A stretch of DNA of 64,000 nt. Source: Antechinus flavipes. Lineage: Eukaryota. The number at the start of each line of letters is the position of its first letter. The stretch's first letter is position 1. Shown in pieces: positions 1 to 14,400 of this stretch. The notes under the pieces were generated by a model, which ran no database searches, was not told the origin of the DNA, and was given only the letters and a program-made list of their open reading frames with translations. Position numbers and translations under genes: made by a program. Location: NCBI RefSeq assembly GCF_016432865.1, contig NC_067400.1:614730001-614794000 (forward strand), read 5' to 3'.

Positions 1-82
1 CCCCCTCCTCTCTCCCTTTTGCTGAGGTTGGTTTCAGGGGACCACGCCCGTTGAACCCCTTTTCCCCCTCCCCCCGCCGCAG

Positions 83-197
83 TAAGGTGGACGACAACCC
101 GGAATTTGACAACTTGGACATTGTGACTCGGGATGAGGAAGAGCGCTATTTTGATGAAGAGGAGCCGGGGGAGGCGGAGCCAGATGAGGAGGACTAG
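83..197 (+). CDS. CCDC97: CCDC97 final coding exon (rest of gene lies upstream of the window)
   Basis: Acceptor ccgcag at 81-82, then [37 protein letters not shown] and TAG at 195-197. Matches the recalled CCDC97 C-terminus ([26 protein letters not shown]) and is syntenic with TGFB1. Confidence 0.9.
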
Positions 198-3155
198 CTA
201 GAACCCGGACCCAAACTTGTACCCCGGGCAGTGGCCACCGGACCCCAGCAGGGGGCGCCCTCTGCCAGGCGCAGACCTCCCCCACCTGGAACATGACTGA
301 TGAGGAAGCGCAGCCTCTGGTGCTTGTGTGGGGGGCCCGGGCAGCACCCCCTCCCCGGGATCCCTCCGCCTCTGCCTCTCGGGGCCTCTCGTCGCGCGAC
401 CTCCGATCTCTGTTAATTCCCCGTCCCCAGCCTGCCTCTCCCCCGAGTCCCCTCCCCCTTCCAGGCCCCCAGTGGCTCGGGATTCGGCCGCCCCCGAGCC
501 CCATCTTGGTCAAGGTCGCTCAGAACAGGACTGGCCTCCGAGGAACGGCGCTCGCTAGGAGAGGCCGGCCCCCGGCTCCCCTCGCGTCCCCAACCACAGC
601 CGCAACTTTCCCTTCCTTCACTTCCTCCTGCCCTGTTTACACTCCCCAAATACTTGCAGCCTGTTATCATGGGCCCTGAGTCATCCTTTGCCTTTCCCCT
701 CCCCTCCCCCTGGAGGGCCTTCCCACCCCTTCAGCCCAGCCCCATGGCCCGTCTGGGTGGGGGGCGCAGATGGCAAGCTAGCTGTGCCTAACGGGAGCCA
801 GATGACCCTGGTGACTCAGCCGGCTGTGTGGGAACCCAGGCGTCCTGCCTTCCCAGGCCCCTGGCTCCCCTCCCCCAAAGGAAAAGTCAGCTCGGATTCT
901 CCCTCCGTCCTCCCCCAAACCCTTGGGTTGGTCGGCCCGGCGCTGCAGAGATATCCGAAGCCATGGGAAAGAGACCACCTAGGTGCCTTGCCCTCCCTTT
1001 CTCCCCTTCCAGTGGGGCTTTCCTACTGAGTCACGGGGGGAAGTGGGGTGAGTAAGGACTGGGGAGACGGGCCCCACCCCTCCTGCCGGGCCCCAGGGGT
1101 CAGGGACAAAGTAATGAGGGCCCAAGCTCGGAAAAACCTGCACCAGTGGAAGCACAAGGGCCAAGGTGAAGCCCCAGCAGCTCCGGTCCCGAGAGCCAAA
1201 GGGGGACACTGAGGCAGAGGACCGCACTCAGAAAACCCAAGCCAGGCTCAGACTAGTAGCACAGAAGGCCGGGGAACAGGCCTGGGGACTGAGGGGGGGG
1301 GACCCCGGTCTCGGCGTGAGCCTCCCTGCAGTTCCCCTGGGGAAATGAAACGGCCCCGGACCATTGGGCTTCTGCGATCGCTTGTCCCCCGGTGGCTCCA
1401 ACCTCCCACCCCGACCCCGGGGCCGGGCTGGGTGATTCCCGGCAGAGGATGACTGGTGTCCCACGCGGGGCTGGGGGGTCGGGGGTCGGTCAGTCTGTCT
1501 GTGTCTCTCCCCGTGGGGGTTACGGGAGTGAGTCTGCGTCTGCGTGCTGGGCCAGGCCCTGTCTCGCCCACGGCCCTGGAGTCAGAGAAAATATTTGTGT
1601 TCCGGGCTGCCCCCTGCCGCCCCCTCAGGGACCCAGGCATCCCAGCAGCGGGGCTCTGCCTCTCCCCTCCCAAGCGGGGAGAAAGGAGTCGGGGAGAGGC
1701 GGCCCCCCTGCCCAGGATCCCCTCCCCAGGGTATGTGCCGGGTAAACACAGCAGGCCCGGGGATATTTATACAGTGGGCTGGGCTTGGTGCCAACGCCCA
1801 CCGCAGCCCCTGCCCGCGGGCGCCCGCCTGCCACCGTGGCAGCAGAGAGGCCCCAGGGAAGGGGGAAGGAGGGGTGGGCACACAAACGCACACCCCAAGC
1901 CACAGACAACACAAAACACACCAGCTGGAGGGAAAACACCCAGGCTCCAAGACACAAACACACCCACTCAGATGTGAATGTGCACAGACTCGGCCGGGCC
2001 GCCCTGACCCCCCTCGAGCCTCTCACACGCGCTCGCCCGGGGAAGGAGCCGGGCCGGGAGGGGGCAGGGACAAGCCCTTGTTTAAGACCAGGAGCAGAGA
2101 CAGGAAGGGTCCCTACCGCCCTCAGTTTCCTGCCCCTGTGGGGGCCGGACAGGAAGCCACGCCGGAACCCAGCCGTGCCCCCCTTCACTTCCCTCCGGCC
2201 CCAGCCTCAGGGGAGGGACTCGGGCCTTTGGGGGAGCAGCCACCTTTCCAGCCCTCCTCCTTTCCCCCTCCCCCACCCCCCAGCCGCGAGCAGCTTCGGG
2301 CATGGGGCAGACGTGCCCTGACTTAGCCTGACCACCCAGCCGGGGGCCCCTGGCAGGCACGAGCCAGGCGTGGGGCAGGGCCCCGGGTGCGAGATGGGGA
2401 GGGAGGAGGGGCTCTGGAGATGCCAGGGTGGCACACAAAGGGGTGGGGCTTCCCCCCACCCACCACCTCTCCCGAAAGGGGAAGGTGCTTAGCTGCAGTT
2501 TCTCGGCTGTGCTGGGCAGGGCGGGCACCCCCGAGGCCCAGCCCCCTCCTCTTGCCAGCTCACTGGGCATCCCTGGCCCGAGAACTCGAGCCCGGGGGCA
2601 GAGGGAGCGGCTCGGAGGAGGAAAGAGGCGTCCGGCCGGGCTGTGTGTGCACATGCACACGGCCGGGCTCCCTCGGAGCCTCCATGTTGCCGCGGTGACC
2701 CCGGTTTGGCGGCCCTTCCGCGGGGCGGCCCTTGTGGCACGGCTGTGGCTGCTTCTCGGCAGGGGGCTCTTCACGGGTCTTGGGCCTGCCTGTTCCCCTT
2801 CCTGGCCCATCCCGAGGCCCGAGGAACCCCCAACCCCCGACCCCGGCAGAAGTAGCTTCAGAGAGGAGCCTGGGCCTCGGCCTCAGTCGGGGGATCCCTC
2901 AGCCCCCAGACTGGGGAACAAGGAGCACAGGGAAACCCGCGGGGGGTCGGGCACAGAGATGGGCACCACAGATGGGGGAAAGATGCCAGAGAATGCCGGA
3001 GGCTGAGGAGGCCGAGATGCGTCAGGAGAGGCTCGTTGGGGATGGAGGGAGCCCGGAATAAGGAAGGCAGACAAGTGGAGACGTGCCCCCAGCTCCTCAT
3101 CCCAAACAGCTCCCGTTCCCTCAATAACACACAGATCCCAGTTTCTCTCTCCACC

Positions 3156-3161
3156 TTTAAT
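3156..3161 (-). terminator. TGFB1 polyadenylation signal ATTAAA
   Basis: Plus-strand tttaat about 160 nt past the stop, followed on the minus strand by a GU-rich element (gtgtgttattga). Confidence 0.6.
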
Positions 3162-3318
3162 CGGCCCCCAGGGGGTTGGGGTCCGGGTGGCCTTTAAATA
3201 CCACACAACCCCCCCAGGCCGGGTCCCTCTCCCCCTCCCTTAAGGGTCCAGCTTGGGGAGGAGTGGGGGGAAGGGGGCCGGGCCTGCCGGGGGGTCCCCG
3301 GGGATCAGGGCGGGGGTC

Positions 3319-6300
3319 TCAGCTGCACTTGCAGGAGCGGACAATCATGTTGGACAGCTGCTCCACCTTGGGCTTCCGCCCCACATAGTAAACGATGGGC
3401 AAGGGCTCCAGGGCCTGGGGCACGCAGCAAGGGTTGACCGAGGCCCCCGGGTTGTGCTGGTTGTAGAGGGCCAGAACCTGCAAGGAGAGAGATGAGACAT
3501 GGGGCTCCCTGGCCCCCCGGCCCTCGCCCCCTCCCCCGGCCGCAGCAGCTCACCTTGCTGTACTGGTTGTCCAGGCTCCAGATGTAGGGACAGGGCCCCA
3601 GGCAGAAATTGGCGTGATAACCTTTGGGCTCATGGATCCACTTCCAGCCCAAATCTTTGCGAAAATCGATGTAGAGCTGCCGGACACAGCAGTTCTTCTC
3701 CGAGGAGCTAGAGGGAGGGGGGACAGTCGAGAGCGGGCCGGCGGGGTCGGAGAAAAGGAAGGGGGCGACCAAGGGGGGATGAGAGGCCAGGAAGTCAGGG
3801 GTCAGAGAGGGGGGAGCAGAAGAAGCGGTCGGAGAAGGGAGAAGCTAGAGGTGGGTGCACGGGAGCAGGGGGACAGGTCATTCTCACCTGAAGCAGTAGT
3901 CGGTGTCCAGGGCCCTCCGGTTCCTGTGGGTGTGAAGGTTCTGGGCCCTGTCCAACGGGGTGGCCATGAGCAGCAGGAAAGGACGGTTCTGGTTCTGAAT
4001 AATGCCCATGTCTCCGCGGACGTTGTTCAGACCTGACGGGGGAGGCAGGGAGGTGAGCCCAAGGCCACCGGGCTCCGTCCTGACCCCGGACGTTAGCCCC
4101 CAGACCAGGCACTCACCACTAATGTCCATATGTAGCTGGGTATCCTTCTGGTCACACGAGCAGTGGGCGCTGAGGCGGAAGGTCTCCGTCTTTTCTGGGA
4201 GCCACGAGAAGAGGGGGAGATGAGGTGGGGGCGGACAAAGGAAAGGACAGGGCTGGGGGCCCCAACCTGTGGCCACCGAGTCCCCAAAGGGCGGAAAGAG
4301 AATTGCCACAGGGAGGGGGGGTCTCCGTTCTCCCGGGGATTAGCCCGTGCTTCGCTGGGACGTGTGGGGGCCCAGCTCCCCGGGCTCGGTTTCTCAGCAC
4401 AAGCTTCCCTGGCTGGAGCAGCCTTCCTCCCGGAGCAGCGCCTCCCTCCGCCTTCCCCACCCTCACCTCTGCTGCTCAGCCACTGGTACACCACACTGGT
4501 GACATCAAAGGACAGCCACTCCACGCTCTGGCTGGGCCGCACGCGCTGGTTGGTCAGGTAGCGCCAGGAGCCGTTGCCAAATTTCTTGGGGAGGGCAGAG
4601 GGCAGTGAGGGGGCAGCCCCGGAGGAGCCCCCGCCAGGCCCTGCCAGCCCCCCAGGCCCCAGCGGCCGGGCTCACCTGATAGAGCTCCACGTGCTGTTCC
4701 ACTGTAGACTTGGTCTTCAGCATCCGGAGCTCAGCTCGAGACAGCAGCGTCGGGTCGGGCACGGCTTCCCGGAGCTCCGAGATGTTGAAGTGGAAGTAGA
4801 CGCTATGGGGGATCTTCTCAACATCTGGGGGACAGGGCAGGACAGCGGTCAGGGGGAGCTGGCCTCGCCAGCCCTGGCCAAAGCATCTCCGGGCCTGTCT
4901 CGCAGAGAGGCGAGGGATGCCCGAGGAAAGATGGCAGAGGCCGGGGGCCCGTCCTTTCCCCGGAGCTCCCCTCTTTCCCTCCCCCTCTGCTTCCTGATCC
5001 GGTGCCCTCGCCCGACACACAGACCACCCCCCACCCCCAAACAACCCTCCTGTGGCTGAGCCATTCAGAAACCACAGAGCCAGTCCCTGGGTGGCCCGAG
5101 CCCCAGGGAGAGCGAGGGACCAGAATGTGGGGGGAGAGTGGGGGCTGGGGTCCAATAGGAACGCAGGCTTGGAGGGGGATGATGGGACATCAGACTCTTG
5201 CAGGGTACTCGGGGAGGTGGAGGAGGTCTAGAAAATAAGTGATTTGTCCAATGTGGCGTGGGTGGGTGTTAAGTGGAAAAAGCTGGGGCTCCTTGACTCC
5301 AAACCAGGGCTCCTCTGCTTGGGGGGAGGGGGTGTGGAGAGCAAAGAGAGGAGCCTGGATGGGGAGGGCGAGAGAGAAGCAGCGGGACGGGGGAGGGGAG
5401 AGAGGGAGCGGGATGGGGAGGGGAGAGGGAGAGAGCGAGGTGGGGAAGGGGAGAGGGAGCAGGAAGGAGAGGGGGAGACAAATGCGGAGGAGCCCGAAAC
5501 GCAGGAGACGGGACAAAAGGCCAGACAGCGCCGGAGCTGGAAGGGCTCATCCTGACCCGCCGCCCATAGGAAGTGGGCGAGTAGTTTGGATTCGAACCCA
5601 AGGCTTCGGCCTCTAAAGCAGGCACTTTCTGAGGATGAGGAAGGAGACGGGAGAAGGGATGGAGGGGGGGAGGGGAGAGCAGGATGCAGAGAAGGGGACC
5701 GGGAGCCGGGCCCGGGTCCGCGGCATCGGAGGAGGCGGGGCGGAAAGCGGGCAACCCGGGCAGGAACCTGCCGCGGCTCGCCCTCCGGCCCCGAGGTTCC
5801 AGCCGCCGATTCCCTGCCCCGGGGCCACTGGCGGGAGGGAGGGACGGGGGCTGGACTCCGGGGTTTCCCGGCCGGCAGAGGGACGCCCCGCCCACGGCGT
5901 GTGGCCGCCCTCGTGGGTCCGGCCGGGGCTCCCCCGTTTGCCCGAGCGTGCGGGGCTCGGGCTCCCCGATGCCCCCCTCCTCGTCCGCCTGGAGCAGCCC
6001 TCCCGAGGCACGCGGCCCTCCCCCAGGCTGTCGGCGCCCCCTCCCCCCAGGGGCTCACCCGGATTCTGGGGCAGCATGAGGACCCGGGTGACCTCCTTGG
6101 CGTAGTAGTCGGTCTCGGCCTCGGGCCCCGGCTCGGCCACGCGGTCCCGGGTGCTGTTGTAGAGGGCGAGCACGGCGTCGGGCAGCGGGCCCGGGGGCAC
6201 GTCGCCCGGGCTTGGCGGGCTGTCCAGCCGCAGCTTGGACAGGATCTGCCCGCGGATGGCCTCGATGCGCCGCCGCTTCACCAGCTCCATGTCCAAGGTC

Positions 6301-6404
6301 TTGCAGGTGGACATGGCCGCAGCCGGGCGCGGCGGGGCCAGCAGGAGCGCCAGCAGCGGCACCAGGGCAGCCGCCGCCGCCGCCCGCAGCCCCGAGGGCG
6401 GCAT
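3319..6404 (-). CDS. TGFB1: Transforming growth factor beta-1 proprotein, 7 exons, 382 aa
   Basis: Exons 6404-6059, 4824-4676, 4584-4467, 4194-4117, 4032-3888, 3707-3554, 3477-3319; all GT-AG, total 1149 nt. Signal peptide, [34 protein letters not shown], furin site RNRR, and mature ALDTDYCF...[26 protein letters not shown]...CKCS. Confidence 0.98.
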
Positions 6405-7450
6405 GGAGGAAGAGGCGCCCGCGGCGGCTGCTCTGGCCTCGGGGCCGGCGGCCAGGGGAGGGCTGGGGTCCCCGAGGGAAGGGGGGATTTAAAGCTCTTC
6501 TGGGAGGTCTGCTGGAAGGGGAGGGTGTCTGAGACTGAAGGCGGGGGGCACTGAGGGACGAGATCCGAGATGCGACTACTGGACGCCGGGGGTGAGAACT
6601 TCGGAGACTGAGCTGGGGGCCAGGCGTCCCCGACTGTCCGGAGGGCCAGAGGGCCGGGGTCCGCGCGGCTTTTCCTGGATTCGGGGATGGGCTGCTGGGG
6701 GCGAGGGACCAGAGGTCCCGCGGGGAGGCGGGAGCGGGCGGCTAGGTCCGGAGTGCCCGGGGCGCGGTGGCCCAGGCTCCCGGGGGCAGGCAGGGCGCGC
6801 TCCGGCTCGGCCGGTGAGAAAGTCTCAACTTCTGGGCAACAAGTCCCGTCCCTCCTCCTCCTCCTCCTCCTCCCCTTTCCTCCCCTCCTCCCGGCGGCGG
6901 CGACGGCGGCGGCGGCGGCTCCTGCGGCTGCTCTGGAGACAGCGGCTCCTGGGCCCCCGGCTCCTCCTCGTCCTTCCTCCTTCCTCCCGCTGGGGCCGGC
7001 GGCCCGGGCTCCGCTAGAGCCGGGGGGGTCCCGGCCGGCCCCAGGGGCCCCGCATGGGCCGGGGCGGGGCTGGGCTACGAGGCTGTGGCGGTGGCTCCGG
7101 GTGAGACGGCGCGGGGGGCGCCCCCCGGGAACGCGGCTCCGGCTCGGGGGTGGCGGAGGGCAGGGGCAGGGGGCGGGCGACGGCTCCGGCGGGGCAGCCG
7201 GGTTCGGGCTTCGGAGCTTTTTGAAGCGGCTGCGGCCCCACCCAGGAAGCGCGCGCGGGGGCCGGGGAGGAAAGGCGGGGGGAAGGAGGGGAAGGAGGGA
7301 GGGAGGAAAGCGCGGCTCCCCCCCCCAGCTGCCCAGAGGCCGGGGGCTGGCGCCCCTCCCCACGCCGGCAAAGGGGGGCGGGGTAGGAATAGCGGGCTGG
7401 TCTAGGGGCTCCCCCCACCCCCCGCGGCTGTCTGCCCAGGCCCTGGCCAC
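6405..7450 (-). promoter_or_regulatory. TGFB1 long GC-rich 5' UTR and CpG-island promoter
   Basis: CpG-dense. (GGC)n run near 6892-6918, TCC run 6850-6872 and many GC boxes, directly upstream of the ATG. TSS not determinable from sequence. Confidence 0.7.
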
Positions 7451-8486
7451 AATGGGGAGGGGCCGCGAAGCGCCGGGAGACCTCGCCCGGGGCTCTCCCA
7501 GCCGGATTCTGTTCCTCCAGGAGTGGGGGGCCAGGGATTCCCCTCACAACTGGAGCGTTTGGCCTCTCACTGGCCCCGATTTGGCACTTCCCCCAACGCC
7601 CCCCCCCCATTCAGACACCGCGGGAGGGGCTTAACCTCCGATCCGAGGTTGCTTGTAGGAAAAAGGTCAGGAGGAAGAAATTGGGGAGGGGGGGAACCTA
7701 CGGGCTCATCCCCCGGGACCCCAGCTGAAGAGTTCTCTGGGGGCAGAAAGACCCCGACTTAGAGCCAGAGCTTCACTGGGGGTGGAAAAAGCACCCGGAG
7801 GGCGGAGAGAGACCAGTCTAGATTATTGGGAGGGGGGACAAGGCTGGGGGGACATAGGGAGAGGGGCTCAGCAGCCATAGACCCCAAGGAGACAGGGTTC
7901 AGGCCCAGGGACACCCAGAGGTTGCTAAGGGAAGAAGTACAGGAGGCCAGAGGCCCAAGAAGGAAGATGGAGGCCAGGAAGTAGGTTTAAGGAAGGTGGC
8001 TCTCCAATGGCTGGAGCCCCCCACCTTAGGCAGGTGCCTTTTCCTTTCTGGGCCTCGGTTTCCCCATTTTCCAAAGAGCAGAATAAATGAGACCACATCG
8101 AGAGTCAAAAAGGCTCCTTTTAACTCACACACTGGGGTTCAATCACTCAAGGTGCCGTCCCTGGACAACCCCCCCCCCCAAAGGACCAGACTCGGGGCTG
8201 AGGCCGTTTCCCTTTAACATGAGGGGGGGACTGCGATGTCTGCTCTCTGTAGGACTCCTGGATGTACAATTTGTGCATTTCCTTCATGAGGTCACCCCCA
8301 CTCACACGGACACCCCTGGAAAGCCTCTTGGTTTCTTGGCATCTCCCGGGGCTTCCTCAGCCCAGCGCCCGGCCCCCAGAGAGAGCTCAGGAAGTGTGCG
8401 GATTGACCGCTGAGGGCAGGAGTCTCGGACGGACAGAGAAGGGGACAGGAGGAAATGAGACCGAGCTTGGGAGCCCGCCCAGGTGC

Positions 8487-10469
<1,983 letters not shown>

Positions 10470-10629
10470 GGCCCCGGGAGTGGACAGCTGTCAGAGGCCC
10501 AGGAAGGAAGCCCTGGAGTTCAGTGGCCGAACCCGGAGCCGGCCTGGGGCATGTCCCTGGGGTTTTGTTCCCGGCCGCAGGTCTGTTTCCTCATCTGCAA
10601 AATGAATGCGTCCTGACTTCAGCCGGGAG

Positions 10630-10725
10630 GCTAAGTGGACAGAGACCAGACCCAAACGAACTCCTGAAGATCTGAGTTCAAATCCAGCCTCAGACACTTC
10701 CTAGCTCTGTAATCCTGGGCAAGGC
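10630..10725 (+). mobile_element. CORE-SINE (MIR/MAR1-like) fragment
   Basis: B-box-like gagttcaaatccagcctcagacacttcctagct...cctgggcaag. Confidence 0.7.
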
Positions 10726-10899
10726 CCGGCCTCTGCATGATAAAATGGGCGCAGACCTTCCAGAGTCGGTGTAAGGTTCAGTACAAATATTTTAAAGCGG
10801 TTTGCAAATCTTAAAAAGATACATATGTATGTGCAAGTATGTATACACATGCGGATACTATGTATCTATATATGTATATAGGCTGTTAACGGAAAACCC

Positions 10900-11500
10900 A
10901 TAACCCTTCCCATCGCCTTGGCCCCGCCCCCTCGTCGCCATAGCTCCGCCCCCTACTTCTAAATAGACATGCGCAGTACCGCTGCAGCGCCGCAAAATGC
11001 TCATGCCTCCAGCCCCCACGCAGGCGCCGTTTCTCTGGCAAGCTCCCGCACTACTCTACGGAAACGCGTCTCCGCGTCTCTGGACACCCGGCCCCTGTCT
11101 CCCCCGCCCCTAATTCACCCGAGAAGTCTGAAAACTTGGGGACCGTCGGCAGACTCGGCGGCTTCCGGGGCCTGCTCCGGCTGTTGCTCTGGCAACAGAG
11201 GCTCGCAGTCTTCCCTCCGCGGCATTCGTGCCTGCCCCAGCACCGCTGATTGGCCGTCGGAGGGGAAATGAGGCCGGACAGTAGATATCTCCCGCCTTCC
11301 CCTCGTGCGCGCCTTGCGCACCGCTGATTGGGCCTCAGATGAAATGGGTGTGCCAGTAATGAAAGCGCTCCTTTCCCTTCGTGTGTGCCCGCCCAGCCCG
11401 CTGCTGATTGGTCTTTGCGGAAGGTGATGGGGAGGGATTAAAGTCTTCTCCCTTCCAAGGTCCCTTGCGTCCATCCCATTGCTGGGCTCCGATTGGTGTG
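10900..11500 (-). promoter_or_regulatory. B9D2 promoter and probable non-coding exon 1 (donor at 11118; exon approx 11119-11230)
   Basis: CpG-rich. ETS-like gcttccgg at 11161, NRF1-like catgcgca near 10969, four CCAAT boxes (ATTGG at 11249, 11327, 11407, 11492), and minus-strand donor cgg|gtgaat. Confidence 0.6.
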
Positions 11501-12100
11501 TTCCTTAGCATCCAGGGCGGGACCACGTCTAATAGGTTCTCTTCCCCTCTCACGAAATGGTTCAGCAGGGAAAATAATACCCGGGTGCCATATTGAGTGT
11601 GGCAAGTAAGGTGTTGGTGTGCGGCCATGTTGAGTGTGTCGTTCGGCTTTATTCTCCTTACTATTCCAAATAAACAAGAAGAAAACCCAAGCCTCCCACT
11701 TATGGTAAAACCACATTCTTCCCATATAGCACCTGTCAGCCCTGCTGGAAACCGCTTCTCCTCAACGTAGCCTCAGACGCAGAAATCCAATCCAGTTCAT
11801 GCTGACTCCCTACTATGTGCCTCTGGTAATGCTAAATAATTGTCTACTTGCTAGACAGCGGAGCCGCGAGGTCAAAAATAAAGCAGTCCCTGCGCTCAAG
11901 ACAGGAAAACGTCATTTGGCTGCGGGATACGACAGAGAAATCAATAAGTTTCTTTTTTTAATCAATCAGCATGCATTTAAACGTCTGATGTGTCCAATTA
12001 AGTATCTGATGTGTTCTAATGTATGTAAGGGTCTAATTAAGGGTCTCATAAGATGTTAAAAGGACAAAAATGAAACATGAAACCAGGATCAGAGATTTTT

Positions 12101-13576
12101 TTTTTAATAACTTTTTATTGACAGAACCCATCTCAGGGTAATTTTTTACAGCATTATCCCTTGCACTCACTTCTCTTCCGATTTTTCCCACTCCCTCCAC
12201 CCCCTCCCCAAGATGGCAAGCAATCCTATACATGTTAAATAGGTTACAGTGTATCCTAGATACAATATATGTTTGCAGAACTGAACAGTTCTCTTGTTGC
12301 ACAGGGAGAATTGGATTCAGAAGGTAGAAATAACCCGGGAAGAAAAACAAAAATGCAAACAGTTTATATTCATTTCCCGGTGTTCTTTCTTTGGGTGTAG
12401 CTGCTTCTGTCCATCATTGATCAACTGAAACTCAGTTAGGTCTCTTTGTCAAAGAAATCCACTTCCATCAGATACATCCTCATACAATATCATTGTCGAA
12501 GTGTATAATGTTCTCCTGGTTCTGCTCATCTCACTCAGCATCAGTCCATGTAGGTCTCTCCAAGCCTCTCTGTATTCATCCTGCTGGTCATTCCTTACAA
12601 AACAATAATATCCCATAACATGCATATACCACAATTTACCCAGCCATTCTCCAAGTGATGGGCATCCATTCATTTTCCAGTTTCTAGCCACTACAAATAG
12701 GGCTGCCACAAACATTTTGGCACATACAGGTCCCTTTCCCTTCTTTAGTATTTCTTTGGGGTATAAGCCCAATAGAGACACTGCTGGATCAAAGGCTATG
12801 CACAGTTGGATAACTTTTGGGGCATAATTCCAGATTGCTCTTCAGAATGGTTGGATTCGTTCACAACTCCACCAACAATGCATCAGTGTCCCAGTTTTCC
12901 TGCATCCCCTCCAACATTCATCATTATTTTTTCCTGTCATCTTAGCCAATCTGACAGTGTAGTGGTATCTCAGAGTTGTCTTAATTTGCATTTCTCTGAT
13001 CAATAGTGATTTGGAACACTTTCATATGAGTGGTAATAGTTTCAATTTCATCCTCTGAAAATTGTCTGTTCATATCCTTTGACCATTTATCAATTGGAGA
13101 ATGGCTCGATTTCTTATAAATTAGAGTCAGTTCTCTATATATTTTGCAAATGAGGCCTTTATCAGAACCTTTAACTGTGAAGATGTTTTCCCAGTTTGTT
13201 GCTTCCCTCCTAATCTTGTTTGCATTAGTTTTGTTTGTACAAAATTTTCTATTTTGTGATCAGTAATGGTCTCTAGTTCATCTTTGGTCACAAATTGCTT
13301 CCTCCACAAGTCTGAGAGATAAACTATCCTATGTTCCTCTAATTTATTTATAATCTCGTTCTTTATGCCTAGGCCATGGACCCACTTTGATCTTATCTTG
13401 GTATATGGTGTTAAGTGTGGGTCCATGCCTAATTTCTGCCATATTAATTTCCAGTTATCCCAGCAGTTTTTATCAAATAATGAATTCTTTTCCCAGAAGT
13501 TAGGATCTTTGGGTTTGTCAAACACTAGATTGCTATAGTTGACTATTTTGTCTTGTGAACCTAACCTATTCCACTG
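12101..13576 (-). mobile_element. 5'-truncated L1 (ORF2 C-terminus + 3' UTR + polyA) with 16-bp TSD
   Basis: ORF2 remnants (LLGLYPKEIL...MFVAALFVVARNWK; WDNWKLIWQKL...DPHLTPYTKI). TSD aggatcagagattttt 12085-12100 and aggatcatagattttt 13577-13592, followed by aa (TTTT/AA endonuclease site). Confidence 0.95.
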
Positions 13577-13649
13577 AGGATCATAGATTTTTAACAGGTC
13601 ATTTGCCTTCAGGGACTTTACATTCTGCTGGGGGATTGCAAGTGCCAAG

Positions 13650-14110
13650 ACAGATAACATGGATGGATAGGATGGCTAGAAAGAGGTTTTGATGGAGGGA
13701 GGGATGGATAAATAGGTGTCTGGATGGATGGGGGGGGATAGATAGATAGATGGGTTTTTAGATGGATAGATAGGTGTTGGATGGATGGATGGATGGATGG
13801 TAGATAGATGTTTGGGTGGGTGGGAAGATAGATGGACCAGTTTGGATGGATGGCTAGATAGATAAATGTTTGGATGAATAGATGAGTGAAGAGATGTCTG
13901 GATGGGGATGGATGGATAGATAAATAGAATAAGTGTTTGGTTGGATGGGTAGATAGATGAGAGTTAAATGTGGATGGATAAGTAGAGATAGATCATAGAT
14001 CTAAATATGGGTGGATGAATAGATTAGATAAATATAAATACAGAGAGATGATATCAGCAGATAAATAGATAGGTAGGTGTGGATGGAGAAATAAATTAGA
14101 GCTAGATAAA
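13650..14110. repeat. Degenerate (GATA/GGAT)n simple repeat
   Basis: Runs of ggat, gata and tagat. Confidence 0.85.
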
Positions 14111-14264
14111 GGTCAGCTCTGTCTGAAGCCACTTGTTTCAGCCTACACCTATTGTTTCTCCCAACAAAATCTTCTCTCTTTTAATGCTGGGATGGCCTCT
14201 GGGCATTTAATTGAAAGAGAGTTCCCTGAGGTCATCTCATGTGGGATTTCCCCCCCCCCCACTT

Positions 14265-14400
14265 CCCATGGAGCAGTTGGGGTTAAGAGACTTGCCCAGG
14301 GCCACACAGTTAGGCAGTGTTGAGTGTCTGAGGTGAAATTTGAACTCAGGTCCGCTGACTTCAGGGCTGGTGCTCTATCCCCTGCGCCACCTGGCTGCCC
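14265..14400 (-). mobile_element. Marsupial tRNA-derived CORE-SINE (WSINE1/SINE-1-like)
   Basis: Reverse complement reads ggggcagccaggtggcgcaggggatagagcaccagccctgaagtcagcggacctgagttcaaat..., with A and B boxes. Confidence 0.85.

Noticed and set aside
293-3206. Numerous 60-260 aa ORFs between CCDC97 and TGFB1, and similar ORFs at 27-30 kb, 44-46 kb and 52-53.9 kb
   Set aside because: Expected by chance in stop-poor GC-rich DNA; no homology, exon structure or codon signal recognised.
12449-13660. L1 ORF2-like ORFs as functional genes (also 16301-16600 and 41399-42106)
   Set aside because: 5'-truncated, frameshifted L1 remnants.
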